Shown: positions 7,327-15,233 of the stretch, piece after piece | How positions within the stretch are numbered: the stretch's first letter is position 1 | Layout: the number at the start of each line of letters is the position of its first letter | From: a virus | Taxonomy: Duplodnaviria > Heunggongvirae > Uroviricota > Caudoviricetes | Length of the DNA stretch: 24,900 nucleotides | IMG/VR virus record: IMGVR_UViG_2713896899_000006 | Span: 1 to 24,900 of that record | Direction: 5' to 3' (one strand) | Translations under genes and position numbers: made by a program | The notes under the pieces: generated by a model | The model's database searches: none | Seen by the model: only the letters and a program-made list of their open reading frames with translations | Told to the model about the DNA's origin: nothing

Positions 7327-8106
7327 ATGAGCGAGAAATTGAAGATCGTCTATCGCCCGTTACAAGAACTGTCTCCGTATGCACACAATGCTAGGACACA
7401 CAGCCCTGAGCAGGTAACGCAACTGGTAGAAAGCATTAAGCAATTTGGCTGGACTAATCCGGTGCTGATTGATGAAAAGGGCGAAGTTATTGCGGGCCAC
7501 GGTCGCGTTATGGCGGCTGAAGTGCTCAAAATGGATTTCGTTCCGGTCATCGTTCTGTCTGGTCTGACGGATGATCAGAAAAAGGCGTACCGTCTGGCAG
7601 ATAATCGCCTGCCGATGAATGCTGGCTGGGATGAAGATCTGTTACGGATGGAGCTGTCGGACCTAATTAATGCTGATTTTGATGTCTCCCTGACAGGCTT
7701 CAGCCCGATAGAAATTGATGAACTGTTGACGGATATTTTGCCTGGTACAGGAAATGAGGAGGAGCCGTATACGACGAAAATTGATACGCCTGTTTATGAG
7801 CCGTCAGGCGATAAACCGGATATCTGTGAACTGTACGACGATACGAAAACTCAGGAGCTGATCAGCCGGATACGTTCGGCGTCCCTTAATCCTGATATTG
7901 AGAAATTCCTCCTGTGCGCGGCAGAACGTCACACGGTGTTTAATTTCAGCAGAATCGCGGACTATTACGCTCACGCCCCCGCTGAAATTCAGAGCCTTTT
8001 TGAGGAATCGGCTCTGGTGATCATTGATTATCAGCAGGCAATTGAAAATGGGTTTGTCAGGATGACGCAGCGCATGGTGGAGATCATGCATGGCGAGGAG
8101 GAGTAA
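7327..8106 (+). CDS. ParB-like nuclease (ParB N-terminal/Srx-like) domain protein, 259 aa
   Basis: N-terminal region (YRPLQELSPYAHNARTH...IAGHGR...YRLADN) resembles the ParB N-terminal nuclease-like domain common in phage genomes; no methyltransferase motifs seen; GAGG RBS. Confidence 0.6.
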   Translation: MSEKLKIVYRPLQELSPYAHNARTHSPEQVTQLVESIKQFGWTNPVLIDEKGEVIAGHGRVMAAEVLKMDFVPVIVLSGLTDDQKKAYRLADNRLPMNAGWDEDLLRMELSDLINADFDVSLTGFSPIEIDELLTDILPGTGNEEEPYTTKIDTPVYEPSGDKPDICELYDDTKTQELISRIRSASLNPDIEKFLLCAAERHTVFNFSRIADYYAHAPAEIQSLFEESALVIIDYQQAIENGFVRMTQRMVEIMHGEEE

Positions 8107-8107
8107 T

Positions 8108-9040
8108 ATGCGTGATGATTTTTGCGCCTTTATTCTGACTCACGGGCGACCGGACAAAGTTCTGACTTACCGGACGTTGCGTCGTGCTGGCTATACCGGG
8201 AAAATTTTTATCGTTGTTGATGATGAAGATAAAACCCGGCATCAGTACGTAGCAGAATTTGGTGAACAGGTGCTGGTGTTTTCCAAAGCCGATATCGCCA
8301 GTCGTTTTGACGAAGCCGACAACTTTGGCGATCGACGTTCAATCTTTTATGCCAGGAATGCCTGTTTGGGCCTGGCAAAAAAGGTTGGGTGTAAATACTA
8401 CATCCAGCTTGATGACGACTATCACGAGTTTCAGTTTCGGGTAGATCGCAACTATGACCAGGCTTATTTTCCGATAAGGAAACTGGACTCGATCCTTTCT
8501 GAAATGCTGGCGTATTACGAATCAATTCCTGCGCTTTCCATCGCTATGGCGCAGGGGGGGGATTTTCTTGGTGATAATGGTGGTCATGCTGCATGGGTGA
8601 AACGCAAAGCAATGAACAGCTTTATTTGTTCTGTTGACCGACCATTCTCATTTATGGGGCGTATTAACGAGGATGTGAATACATACACGAATCTCGGTCG
8701 TCGTGGTGAATTGTTTTTGACGATTGGCGCTGTCCAGTTAGGGCAGAAGCAAACGCAGAAAAACAGCGGCGGAATGACCGAACTGTATCTGGATTCCGGC
8801 ACCTACGTTAAAAGTTTTTACTCCGTCATGTATGCGCCGTCGTGCGTAAAAATCTCACTGATGGGCGCCAGCCATAAACGCATTCACCATCAGGTCACCT
8901 GGAACAACGCTGCAGTAAAAATCCTTCACGAAAAATACAGGAAGAAGACACCCTGCATATCAATGGGGGTGATAAATGATTCCGTATTCGAAAGTCGAGT
9001 CTCTGGCAGCGTGCCGGATGACTGCACAACAAATCGCTGA
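8108..9040 (+). CDS. hypothetical protein with GT-A glycosyltransferase-like signatures, 310 aa
   Basis: ATG at 8108 directly after GAGGAGGAG; N-terminus FILTHGRPDKVL resembles the start of GT2 enzymes (IPTYNRPELL pattern); acidic IVVDDED and a DDD (DxD-like) motif in YIQLDDDY. Fold assignment is inference only. Confidence 0.45.
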   Translation: MRDDFCAFILTHGRPDKVLTYRTLRRAGYTGKIFIVVDDEDKTRHQYVAEFGEQVLVFSKADIASRFDEADNFGDRRSIFYARNACLGLAKKVGCKYYIQLDDDYHEFQFRVDRNYDQAYFPIRKLDSILSEMLAYYESIPALSIAMAQGGDFLGDNGGHAAWVKRKAMNSFICSVDRPFSFMGRINEDVNTYTNLGRRGELFLTIGAVQLGQKQTQKNSGGMTELYLDSGTYVKSFYSVMYAPSCVKISLMGASHKRIHHQVTWNNAAVKILHEKYRKKTPCISMGVINDSVFESRVSGSVPDDCTTNR

Positions 9041-9227
9041 CGTTCTGGATGTTGATCTGAACAGACTGAAAGAAAATCGGGAAGCAATGACAAATTTTTA
9101 TGCGTCCATCCGTAAGGGCAGAGCGAAAGGTGAAGCCGAGCTACGGGCGGCATTGTTTAAGCTTGCCAGAAAAGGGGATGCCTTTGCTCTGCGTGCATTA
9201 CTCAGGGTGGATAAAAATCAGGACTAA
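8976..9227 (+). CDS. small helix-turn-helix protein, 83 aa (possible packaging accessory/DNA-binding protein)
   Basis: ATG at 8976 with GGGGGTGA upstream; overlaps the 3' end of the preceding gene by 65 nt; HTH-like segment MTAQQIADVLDVDLNRL; ends 4 nt before the small terminase. Confidence 0.4.
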   Translation: MIPYSKVESLAACRMTAQQIADVLDVDLNRLKENREAMTNFYASIRKGRAKGEAELRAALFKLARKGDAFALRALLRVDKNQD

Positions 9228-9230
9228 CTG

Positions 9231-10334
9231 ATGAGAAGACCGGACTGGGGGGCGTTGCAGCAGGAATATATTGCTGAATACACCCGCTCCGGTGTATCTC
9301 CGGTGGCGTGGTGTGAAGCAAAGGGACTGAATTACGCAACAGCCCGTCGTTACATCAAGAAACCTCCGAAAAATGCGCAGACAGAAGTGCGCAAAACTGC
9401 GCAAAAAAGTGCGCGAAAAAAAACTGCGCAGACTGCGCAGACTGCGCAAAAGCAAAACGGAAAATCTCAGAAAAAAAAGCCTGTATCCGATGCACTCCTG
9501 ATTGAGGGGGACACGGAAGAAATTTCGTTCTGCCCCGATGAATTCGGTATTTCTGACCAGCAGGCAAAATTCGCCATGTTGGTTGCTCAGGGGAAAAAGC
9601 CGACAGAGGCATACCGCCTGGCTGGTTACGAGGGGCAAGGTGCGACAGCAAACAGCAATGCCAGTCGTATGCTTAGAAATGCCAGGGTTTTTCGTGCCAT
9701 CAGCTACTTTCGCAATCATTACCAGAAACGCTATACCGCAGACCTGGATTTACTGGTGAGTCAGTTGATGGCCATCGTGCAGGCTGATCCCAATCAGCTT
9801 GCGCAATTTCGCCGTGTTAACTGTCGCTATTGCTGGGGGGAGAATCACCTCTATCAGTGGCGCGATATAGCAGAATTTGACAGGGCTGCCGCGCAGGCAT
9901 CCAAAGATGGTAAACCAGAACCTGAATATGGTGGCCTCGGTTTCGTTGATAGCGCCATACCAAATCCAGACTGTCCGAAATGCGGTGGAGAAGGTACAGG
10001 TCAGCTTTATATGGCTGATACCACTTTGCTTGATGGAAATGCGCGGCAATTGTATGCAGGAGCAAAGCTCGGAAAATTCGGCGTTGAGATCCTGCTGGAG
10101 AATAAAGCTGCCGCCCGGCGTGAATTATTGCGTTTGCTTTCCGCTGGCGGGGCATTATGTGCAGATAAGCGACTACAGGAACTGGAAATTGAACGGCGCA
10201 GAATGGAAAACCAGAAACTGCGCAAAGAGATCGAAACGGTGGAGGGTAATGAACATCCCCAGCCTGTGGCGATCAATATTAATGTAGTTGATGCCAGAGT
10301 GAGGAGTGATGAAGATGATCTCTCCGACGCTTAA
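9231..10334 (+). CDS. terminase small subunit (Terminase_2-like core) with N-terminal HTH, low-complexity K/Q/T/A linker and C-terminal CxxC...CxxC region, 367 aa
   Basis: Segment QQAKFAMLVAQGKKPTEAYRLAGYEGQGATANSNASRMLRNARVFRAI matches the Terminase_2 small-subunit pattern from memory; directly upstream of and overlapping the large terminase. Confidence 0.7.
   Translation: MRRPDWGALQQEYIAEYTRSGVSPVAWCEAKGLNYATARRYIKKPPKNAQTEVRKTAQKSARKKTAQTAQTAQKQNGKSQKKKPVSDALLIEGDTEEISFCPDEFGISDQQAKFAMLVAQGKKPTEAYRLAGYEGQGATANSNASRMLRNARVFRAISYFRNHYQKRYTADLDLLVSQLMAIVQADPNQLAQFRRVNCRYCWGENHLYQWRDIAEFDRAAAQASKDGKPEPEYGGLGFVDSAIPNPDCPKCGGEGTGQLYMADTTLLDGNARQLYAGAKLGKFGVEILLENKAAARRELLRLLSAGGALCADKRLQELEIERRRMENQKLRKEIETVEGNEHPQPVAININVVDARVRSDEDDLSDA
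9374..9448. repeat. cluster of six exact TGCGCA palindromic hexamers plus one TGCGCG variant within 75 bp, inside the terS coding sequence
   Basis: TGCGCA at 9374, 9388, 9398, 9425, 9434, 9443 and TGCGCG at 9410, spaced 9-15 bp; encodes the TAQTAQTAQ low-complexity linker. Confidence 0.8.
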
Positions 10335-12624
10335 TGTGCCTCAGGCGCGATTTCTTTCTATGCCTCATAAATTTAAAGCCTATGTTGCTGGTTTTGGTTG
10401 CCTGAGGGGAAGTACGCCTGTGGTTACAGAGAATGGGATTCTACCCATTCAGGAAATAACTCGACCAATGCGCGTTTTATCTTGGTCGGATGAGAATAAT
10501 CGATTTGAGCTTTCGCTAAGTGGTGGTGCGTACCCAAAAGGTGTGGCGAATCTATACCGAGTAGTGACGCAGCGAGGAGAATTTGTAGCAAGCGGACATC
10601 ACCGCGTTTTTTGCGCTGACGGTAGCTATCGATCTGTGGATAGTCTGGACGAATCGGTGAAGGTATTTGCATCTTCGCAAAACCTTCTTCTGACCAGTTT
10701 GGCCGCCGTCCCGAAATCGTTGCACGCAGGTGATCCACGTTTGAATCAAAAACTCGCAGATTACTTGGGTTGTTATGCAGATGAAGCCCGTCGATATGGT
10801 CAACAACTTCTGATGGCAGCAGATAACGCCCCAGCTTCTTTTCAGCGATCAAACGATGTTCAAACATCATGCCTGTTCTGCGCATATATGGATGGTCAGC
10901 AGGCGCTGGAGCAACGGCATATCCATCCAGATCAACAATTCGACCACCACGAAAGCTGGGGTTCAACTCACCCTTTCTGGCGCCACGGGAGAGCCGGTTG
11001 GTGTTGTGAATTCGGAGAATATTTTGAACGTGCTTTTCTGTGCAACCAACTTCCGCCGCGATCTCTGCCGACGTACGGTGACCATCAGCAAGAGCGAGGA
11101 TTCTGTCCTTCGCACTTTCTCGAGGGGCAGGCTTCTGGCGTTGTTTCAGCGTTAACCCATAACGAGATATGCAACGATAAACATGACTACGGTCACAACC
11201 TGCCAGAGAAGCAACTTCTGAAACGGTACGTTCTGGATGTGCTAAATCACAAATTAAATGGTCAAGAGGCGTCAAAACCAAACGCCTTAATCGAAACCTG
11301 CAACATATTGAGTGTAACACTGTTGCAGGAGGCCGAGCCATATTATGACCTCCAGGTATTGGATAATAACTGCTACGTAACTGCTGATGGGACGATTCAT
11401 CACAATAGCGGTAAAACATGGGTTGGGTGTGGTGGCATATGTAAGGGGATTTGGGAGCATCCGGGTATCAATCAGGGATATTTTGCGCCTACATATCCAC
11501 AAATTCGCGATATTTTTTATCCTACAGTTGAAGAAGTTGCTGCCGACTGGGGGCTAAATGTAAAAATTAACGAGGGAAATAAAGAAGTTCATTTTTATTA
11601 CGGACGTCAGTATCGGGGAACCACTATCTGCAGATCGATGGAGAAGCCACAAACGATCGTCGGTTTCAAAATTGGTAATGCGCTGGTGGATGAACTGGAC
11701 ATTTTGCCGAAGGAAAAAGCCAGAACAGCGTGGCGCAAGATAATTGCGCGTATGCGTTATAAGGTTGATGGACTTCGTAACGGTATTGACGTTACAACCA
11801 CGCCGGAAGGATTCAAATTTGTCTACGAACAGTTTGTTAAAGCCGTACGTGAAAAAACAGAGCTGGCCTCACTGTATGGCCTGGTACAGGCATCTACTTT
11901 CGATAATGAAAAGAATTTGCCAGCAGATTACATTCCCTCGCTCCTTGAGTCATATCCTCCAGAGCTGATTAAAGCCTATCTTCGGGGACAGTTTACTAAC
12001 CTGACAAGTGGTACTGTTTACCATCAGTTTGACCGAAAACTGAATAATTGCGAAGAAGAGGAACAGCCAGGTGAGCCGATATATATCGGGATGGATTTTA
12101 ACGTCGGAAAAATGGCTGGAGTCGTTCATGTGTTACGTTTTGGGCTTCCATGCGCAGTAACTGAAATCATTAACGCTTACGATACACCAGATATGATCCG
12201 TATTATTAAAGAGCGCTTCTGGTTATATGACGGGAATGATTATCGGAAAGTAAGGGAAATTTATATTTATCCTGATGCATCCGGGGATTCCAGAAAATCA
12301 AATAACGCAAGTGCGACGGATATTGCTCAGCTTAAACAGGCTGGTTTTAACGTTGTTGTAAACAGTTCGAACCCGCCAGTAAAAGATCGCGTTAACTCAA
12401 TGAATGCAATGTTCTGCAATGCCAATGGTGAGCGTCGCTATAAAGTTAATGTGAAGCGTTGTCCGGTATATGCCGAATCTCTGGAGCAACAGGTCTGGGA
12501 TGATAAGGGTGAGCCTGATAAAAAATCTGGTAACGATCACCCGAATGATGCCGGAGGTTATTTTATTGTTAAGCAATTCCCTATTGTCAAACCGACCGGA
12601 AGAGTTACATCACTTCGGATTTAA
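10306..12624 (+). CDS. terminase large subunit precursor (772 aa) containing a 336-aa intein inserted in the Walker A P-loop
   Basis: Exteins join as ...AYVAGFG|SGKTWVGCGG... (Walker A GFGSGKT) with Walker B-like ALVDELD downstream; the rest of the protein has the layout expected of a terminase ATPase/nuclease. Confidence 0.85.
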   Translation: MMKMISPTLNVPQARFLSMPHKFKAYVAGFGCLRGSTPVVTENGILPIQEITRPMRVLSWSDENNRFELSLSGGAYPKGVANLYRVVTQRGEFVASGHHRVFCADGSYRSVDSLDESVKVFASSQNLLLTSLAAVPKSLHAGDPRLNQKLADYLGCYADEARRYGQQLLMAADNAPASFQRSNDVQTSCLFCAYMDGQQALEQRHIHPDQQFDHHESWGSTHPFWRHGRAGWCCEFGEYFERAFLCNQLPPRSLPTYGDHQQERGFCPSHFLEGQASGVVSALTHNEICNDKHDYGHNLPEKQLLKRYVLDVLNHKLNGQEASKPNALIETCNILSVTLLQEAEPYYDLQVLDNNCYVTADGTIHHNSGKTWVGCGGICKGIWEHPGINQGYFAPTYPQIRDIFYPTVEEVAADWGLNVKINEGNKEVHFYYGRQYRGTTICRSMEKPQTIVGFKIGNALVDELDILPKEKARTAWRKIIARMRYKVDGLRNGIDVTTTPEGFKFVYEQFVKAVREKTELASLYGLVQASTFDNEKNLPADYIPSLLESYPPELIKAYLRGQFTNLTSGTVYHQFDRKLNNCEEEEQPGEPIYIGMDFNVGKMAGVVHVLRFGLPCAVTEIINAYDTPDMIRIIKERFWLYDGNDYRKVREIYIYPDASGDSRKSNNASATDIAQLKQAGFNVVVNSSNPPVKDRVNSMNAMFCNANGERRYKVNVKRCPVYAESLEQQVWDDKGEPDKKSGNDHPNDAGGYFIVKQFPIVKPTGRVTSLRI
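10399..11406 (+). other. intein (protein-splicing element) within terL, 336 aa
   Basis: Starts with Cys in block-A-like CLRGSTPVVTENG; block-B-like TxxH (ASGHHRVF) about 65 residues in; ends with block F/G-like YYDLQVLDNNCYVTADGTIHHN followed by +1 Ser; insertion exactly splits the P-loop. Confidence 0.8.
10424..11341 (-). CDS. HNH (HNH_3-like) homing endonuclease with two HTH-like motifs, 305 aa, encoded antisense within the terL intein
   Basis: Minus-strand ORF (track 10424..11419) with HRLIAEKKLGRYLLPSEVVDHIDGLHLHNNPSNLRVFDSNVDHL, a strong match to the HNH_3 signature; I verified the reverse-complement translation of 10730-10810 by hand. GGAGG lies 7 nt upstream of the ATG at 11341 on the minus strand. 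Confidence 0.7.
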   Translation of the reverse strand: MARPPATVLHSICCRFRLRRLVLTPLDHLICDLAHPERTVSEVASLAGCDRSHVYRCISRYGLTLKQRQKPAPRESAKDRILALADGHRTSAEIAAEVGCTEKHVQNILRIHNTNRLSRGARKGELNPSFRGGRIVDLDGYAVAPAPADHPYMRRTGMMFEHRLIAEKKLGRYLLPSEVVDHIDGLHLHNNPSNLRVFDSNVDHLRATISGRRPNWSEEGFAKMQIPSPIRPDYPQIDSYRQRKKRGDVRLLQILLAASLLGIDSPHLLGTHHHLAKAQIDYSHPTKIKRALVELFPEWVESHSL

Positions 12625-12626
12625 TT

Positions 12627-14033
12627 ATGGCTGATATATCAACACCCAACCTCGACTATAACGATATGCTGGAGGCGTGGGATATTAACGACGCACTGAT
12701 GGGTGGCACGCTTGAAATGCGCAGGCAGGGGAAAAATTATCTCCCTAAATGGCCTAATGAAGATGAAGACACATATAAAAAACGCTTGTCTGTGGCTACG
12801 CTACTTCCTGTGTATGAAGAAAGTATTAAGCAAAATATTGGGCGCATATTTGCAGAGCCGACAGTGCTGAGTGAAGAGACGCCGGAAAAAATCAGGGAAT
12901 ATGCAGAAAATATCGACATGGAGGGGAGTCGACTGGATGTGTGGGCGCAGCAATTTTTCTGTCTAGCGCTTCAGTATGGCGTGGCGCATGCGCTGGTGGA
13001 TTATCCTCGAACAGATATGAAAGGGATTCGGACAAAAGCTGATGAAAATGCGGTTGGTAGTCGCCCATACGTTACGATGCTGAATCCCCGTCAGGTTATT
13101 GGGTGGAAATCGAAAGTTGAAAAAGGAAAAGTTGTTCTCACAGATTTGCGTATAAAAGAAGTCATCATTATCGATGGTGATGATTTCGGGCAGAAGAAGG
13201 TGGAGCAGATCCGCCATATCATGCCCCGTCGCGTTGAAATTTATCGACGCAGCGAAGGTACTAATGGTGAATCTGTCTGGACGCTTCACGAGTCATGGGA
13301 AACCAGCCGTGATGATATTCCCTTGGTAACGCTTTACACGAAGAAAATCGGGTTTATGCGCGGTACACCGCCATTGCTTAATCTTGGCTTGTTGAATATC
13401 AAGCACTGGCAAAGCCAGAGCGAGCAGGACAATATTCTGCATGTTGCTCGGGTTCCATTGCTGGTGGCTTACGGACTGGACAGGAACGAAGAACTGACGG
13501 TAGGAGCATCGACCGCGACGATTTTTGATGACAGGGCAAAAAATGGCCTTGAATATGTTGAGCATAGCGGTGCCGCGATAGAGTCTGGCGAAACATCTCT
13601 GGAGAAACTGGAAAATCAGATGCGTCATGCCGGCGCTAAACTTCTTCGGGCTGAAAATACATCCACTAAATCTGTGGATCAGACCAATGAAGAACGGATG
13701 CAGGAAAACTCGCCACTCTATACGATGGCAAATGCTCTCGAAGATGCTCTCGATAATATCCTCCAGATAATGGCAGAATGGATAGGTGAAAGCAGTGGCG
13801 GTAATGTGGATGTACGCACTCAACTGGATGTATCTGCCCAGATGTTTGACTCATCCTCCGCGCTGGCTGTTCAGTCATTGCGTCAGGGCGGTGATATACG
13901 TCAGATTGATGCGGTTCGGGTGTTGCAGGCGTTGAAATTTATCGATCAGGACTCCCGCCCAGAGGAAGTGATCGATGAATTAAAAAATCAGGGCGTAACG
14001 CTGATGGGAATCAATGATGCAAACAGTGAATGA
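12627..14033 (+). CDS. portal protein, 468 aa
   Basis: Position immediately after terL, size and acidic composition typical of portals; family not pinned down. Confidence 0.7.
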   Translation: MADISTPNLDYNDMLEAWDINDALMGGTLEMRRQGKNYLPKWPNEDEDTYKKRLSVATLLPVYEESIKQNIGRIFAEPTVLSEETPEKIREYAENIDMEGSRLDVWAQQFFCLALQYGVAHALVDYPRTDMKGIRTKADENAVGSRPYVTMLNPRQVIGWKSKVEKGKVVLTDLRIKEVIIIDGDDFGQKKVEQIRHIMPRRVEIYRRSEGTNGESVWTLHESWETSRDDIPLVTLYTKKIGFMRGTPPLLNLGLLNIKHWQSQSEQDNILHVARVPLLVAYGLDRNEELTVGASTATIFDDRAKNGLEYVEHSGAAIESGETSLEKLENQMRHAGAKLLRAENTSTKSVDQTNEERMQENSPLYTMANALEDALDNILQIMAEWIGESSGGNVDVRTQLDVSAQMFDSSSALAVQSLRQGGDIRQIDAVRVLQALKFIDQDSRPEEVIDELKNQGVTLMGINDANSE

Positions 14034-15129
14034 ACGGCTGCGTGATGAATCGATTGCCCATGCTATCTGGATATCTCGCTATAGCACAGGTGTAGCGGCC
14101 AGAATGGTGAAAACGCTGAACGACAGCGACGCAGAGCTTACAGCTCGTTTGCTGGTGGCTCTGGATAATCTTGGGCCGGGGAGTTTCACCGTTACGCGTC
14201 TGGAATCACTTCTGGTGAGTGTGAGGGAAGTTAACCGCACTGCTATTAACAGTATGTTTGCTCGTCTCTCAGGAGAGTTAAACGAGCTGGCGATATATGA
14301 GGCTAGCTATCAGTTAAGTCTGTTTGACTCTTTGCTTCCTGATTTTGTGGCGGATATTCATCCTCTGATTGGTATCTCACCTGACACCCTTTATGCCGCT
14401 GCAATGGCGCGTCCATTTCAGGGAAGACTACTCAACGAATGGGCCTCAGACCTTGAAGCAGATCGGCTCAGGCGTATTACAAATACGGTACGTCAGGGTT
14501 TTTTGCTGGGGGATACCAATGAGCAGATCGCAAGAAAAATTCGTGGGCATGTCAGCAAGGGATTTCAGGATGGTGCATTGCAGATGAGTCGAGTTAATGC
14601 GGCCAGTATTGCAAAAACAGCAGTTGGGCATCTTGCTGCTACTGCCCGTGAGAGTTTCGCCATGGCAAACAATGATTTGATAAAGGGCAAACAATGGTTA
14701 TCCACACTTGATAATCGTACTACACCACAGTGTCGAATCAGGGATCGCCTCAAATATACGCTGGATAATAAACCTATTGGTCACAAAGTACCTTATTTAC
14801 AGGGGCCGGGAAAAATTCATTTCTGCTGCCGTTCAACAGAAACGTTTATTCTGAAATCTGCGAAGGAACTGGGGATTGATGTTCGGGATGTTTCTCCTGC
14901 CGAGAGGGCAAGTATGGATGGGGTTGTAGCCGGAGATACGACTTACAAGGAATGGTTTTTGCGCCAGCCTTATGCCAGGCAAAAACAAATAGTGGGAGAA
15001 ACACGGGCAAAACTGATTCGTGATGGAGGTATGTCACCAGATGAATTTTACACCGATAAAGGTGAATGGTTGACGCTGGGACAACTCCGTGAGCGTGATG
15101 CTCAGGCATTCAGAAAAGCCGGGATTTAA
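14014..15129 (+). CDS. head morphogenesis protein (Mu gpF / SPP1 gp7-like minor head protein), 371 aa
   Basis: Follows portal with a 20-nt overlap; size and position match the Mu-F-like family of pac-type head modules; assignment by synteny and recall. Confidence 0.6.
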   Translation: MMQTVNERLRDESIAHAIWISRYSTGVAARMVKTLNDSDAELTARLLVALDNLGPGSFTVTRLESLLVSVREVNRTAINSMFARLSGELNELAIYEASYQLSLFDSLLPDFVADIHPLIGISPDTLYAAAMARPFQGRLLNEWASDLEADRLRRITNTVRQGFLLGDTNEQIARKIRGHVSKGFQDGALQMSRVNAASIAKTAVGHLAATARESFAMANNDLIKGKQWLSTLDNRTTPQCRIRDRLKYTLDNKPIGHKVPYLQGPGKIHFCCRSTETFILKSAKELGIDVRDVSPAERASMDGVVAGDTTYKEWFLRQPYARQKQIVGETRAKLIRDGGMSPDEFYTDKGEWLTLGQLRERDAQAFRKAGI

Positions 15130-15149
15130 ATTAATTATTTATTACAACA

Positions 15150-15175
15150 GGCTACCTTCGGGTGGCCTTTTTTAT
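15150..15175 (+). terminator. terminator-like hairpin (ggctacc-ttcg-ggtggcc + T6) inside the head operon
   Basis: 7-bp stem including one G-U pair, UUCG loop, followed by tttttt; lies between the head-morphogenesis and scaffold genes. Confidence 0.5.
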
Positions 15176-15233
15176 TGCTGCAATCTGGATAGTGAGCAGT
15201 GTAACAGTCGGAAGACTTAAATCAGGTATTAAT

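Noticed and set aside
9198-9719. 173-aa minus-strand ORF antisense to terS
   Set aside because: Overlaps the TGCGCA repeat region; product is low-complexity (Arg/Leu/Phe/Ser-rich); no motif or RBS.
10552-11155. Additional nested ORFs inside terL (10552..10806 minus and 10856..11155 plus)
   Set aside because: Alternative-frame ORFs overlapping the intein and HNH frames with no RBS and unprotein-like composition; explained as by-products of the two constrained frames.
10399-11406. LAGLIDADG-like string (LADYLGCYADE) in the plus-frame translation of the intein centre, suggesting an in-frame endonuclease
   Set aside because: It does not fit the LxGxxDGDG pattern or its paired second motif; the surrounding plus-frame sequence is W/C/H-rich and unprotein-like, while the antisense frame gives a clean HNH domain.
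13293-13823. 176-aa minus-strand ORF inside the portal gene
   Set aside because: Antisense to a well-supported structural gene, no RBS, Cys/His/Phe-rich unprotein-like composition. Unlike the intein-HNH case, no recognisable domain signature.
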